Positions 63,535-64,000 of a DNA stretch of 64,000 bases are shown here, piece after piece (positions within the stretch are counted from its first letter, which is position 1; each line of letters begins with the position of its first letter). The DNA lies in the NCBI GenBank assembly GCA_965205215.1, contig OZ242041.1, positions 1,120,001-1,184,000 of the forward strand, read 5' to 3'. Under the pieces are notes generated by a model that saw only the letters and a list, made by a program, of their open reading frames with translations, was not told the origin of the DNA and did no database searches. The translations under genes were made by a program, and so were the position numbers. This stretch comes from Nitrosopumilus sp. (lineage in GTDB: Archaea > Thermoproteota > Nitrososphaeria > Nitrososphaerales > Nitrosopumilaceae).

Positions 63535-64000
63535 TTGGACCCCCTACAGCGGCTAAGAGATGCGCACGGGACCGCGATGATTCCGGACGACATATTTGAG
63601 CTCGTGGCCAAGAGGTTCCCCATAGCAGTCGACGGGATAAACCGCATCGAGCGGGCCTCGCAGGCAAGGTTCCCCGTCGCATACGTGGAGCCGTCCGTTG
63701 TCATGACCCGCGCGGATCCGACCATAGGATACGGCATACTGTTTGCCAGGACCATACCCGTATGCTCCGGCGACAAGTTTGGGATCGTCATACAGATAAC
63801 GGCGCCACTGATCGCGTACGGCCTCAAGGGCACCATACACGCCGTGCTTGCGCACGAGTTCCTGCATTACCTGGAGCTCGTGTGGCGGGTCTCGCAGATG
63901 AGGATAACCTCCGACTATACGTCCTCGAGCCTGTTTGAGAACGTGTACAGCGACGAGTCCCGGCTGTTTGATCCGAGGGCCGTCTTTGATGACCGCACGC
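63535..64000 (+). CDS. Conserved thaumarchaeal protein with HExxH motif, 3' end outside the window
   Basis: The frame from the TTG at 63535 is open to the window end. 'GINRIERAS...PVAYVEP', 'AVLAHEFLHYLE'. Confidence 0.8.
   Translation, partial: MDPLQRLRDAHGTAMIPDDIFELVAKRFPIAVDGINRIERASQARFPVAYVEPSVVMTRADPTIGYGILFARTIPVCSGDKFGIVIQITAPLIAYGLKGTIHAVLAHEFLHYLELVWRVSQMRITSDYTSSSLFENVYSDESRLFDPRAVFDDRT

Overview
High-GC archaeal DNA whose gene set (TBP, TFB, Gar1, SRP19/SRP54, Sec61-beta, class I LysRS, CofG/CofH, Tsr3, Dph6, Pus10-like, 'IPxWIK...WWADG' surface domains) indicates a Nitrosopumilaceae/Cenarchaeum-like thaumarchaeote. The giant repeat surface protein and a secreted serpin suggest a sponge or animal symbiont (inference). 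Positions ~10.3-64 kb are mostly core genes, interrupted by small lower-GC inserts: a serpin, an IS630 remnant, and a 42.2-46.0 kb island carrying an RHH regulator, a DNA methyltransferase-HNH fusion and a secreted ComEC-like hydrolase. Positions 1-10.2 kb look like an integrative element at an intron-containing tRNA-Leu(CAA). It contains a tyrosine integrase, a tiny RHH-like gene, a non-coding array of four ~190-bp units each ending in a 42-46-bp palindrome that varies but keeps its symmetry, two orphan AbrB-like paralogues with their own upstream repeats, and a giant PKD/beta-propeller surface protein. The integrase plus palindrome array is my best candidate for an undescribed system, and the MTase-HNH/RHH module is second. 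All family assignments come from motif recognition, not database searches.
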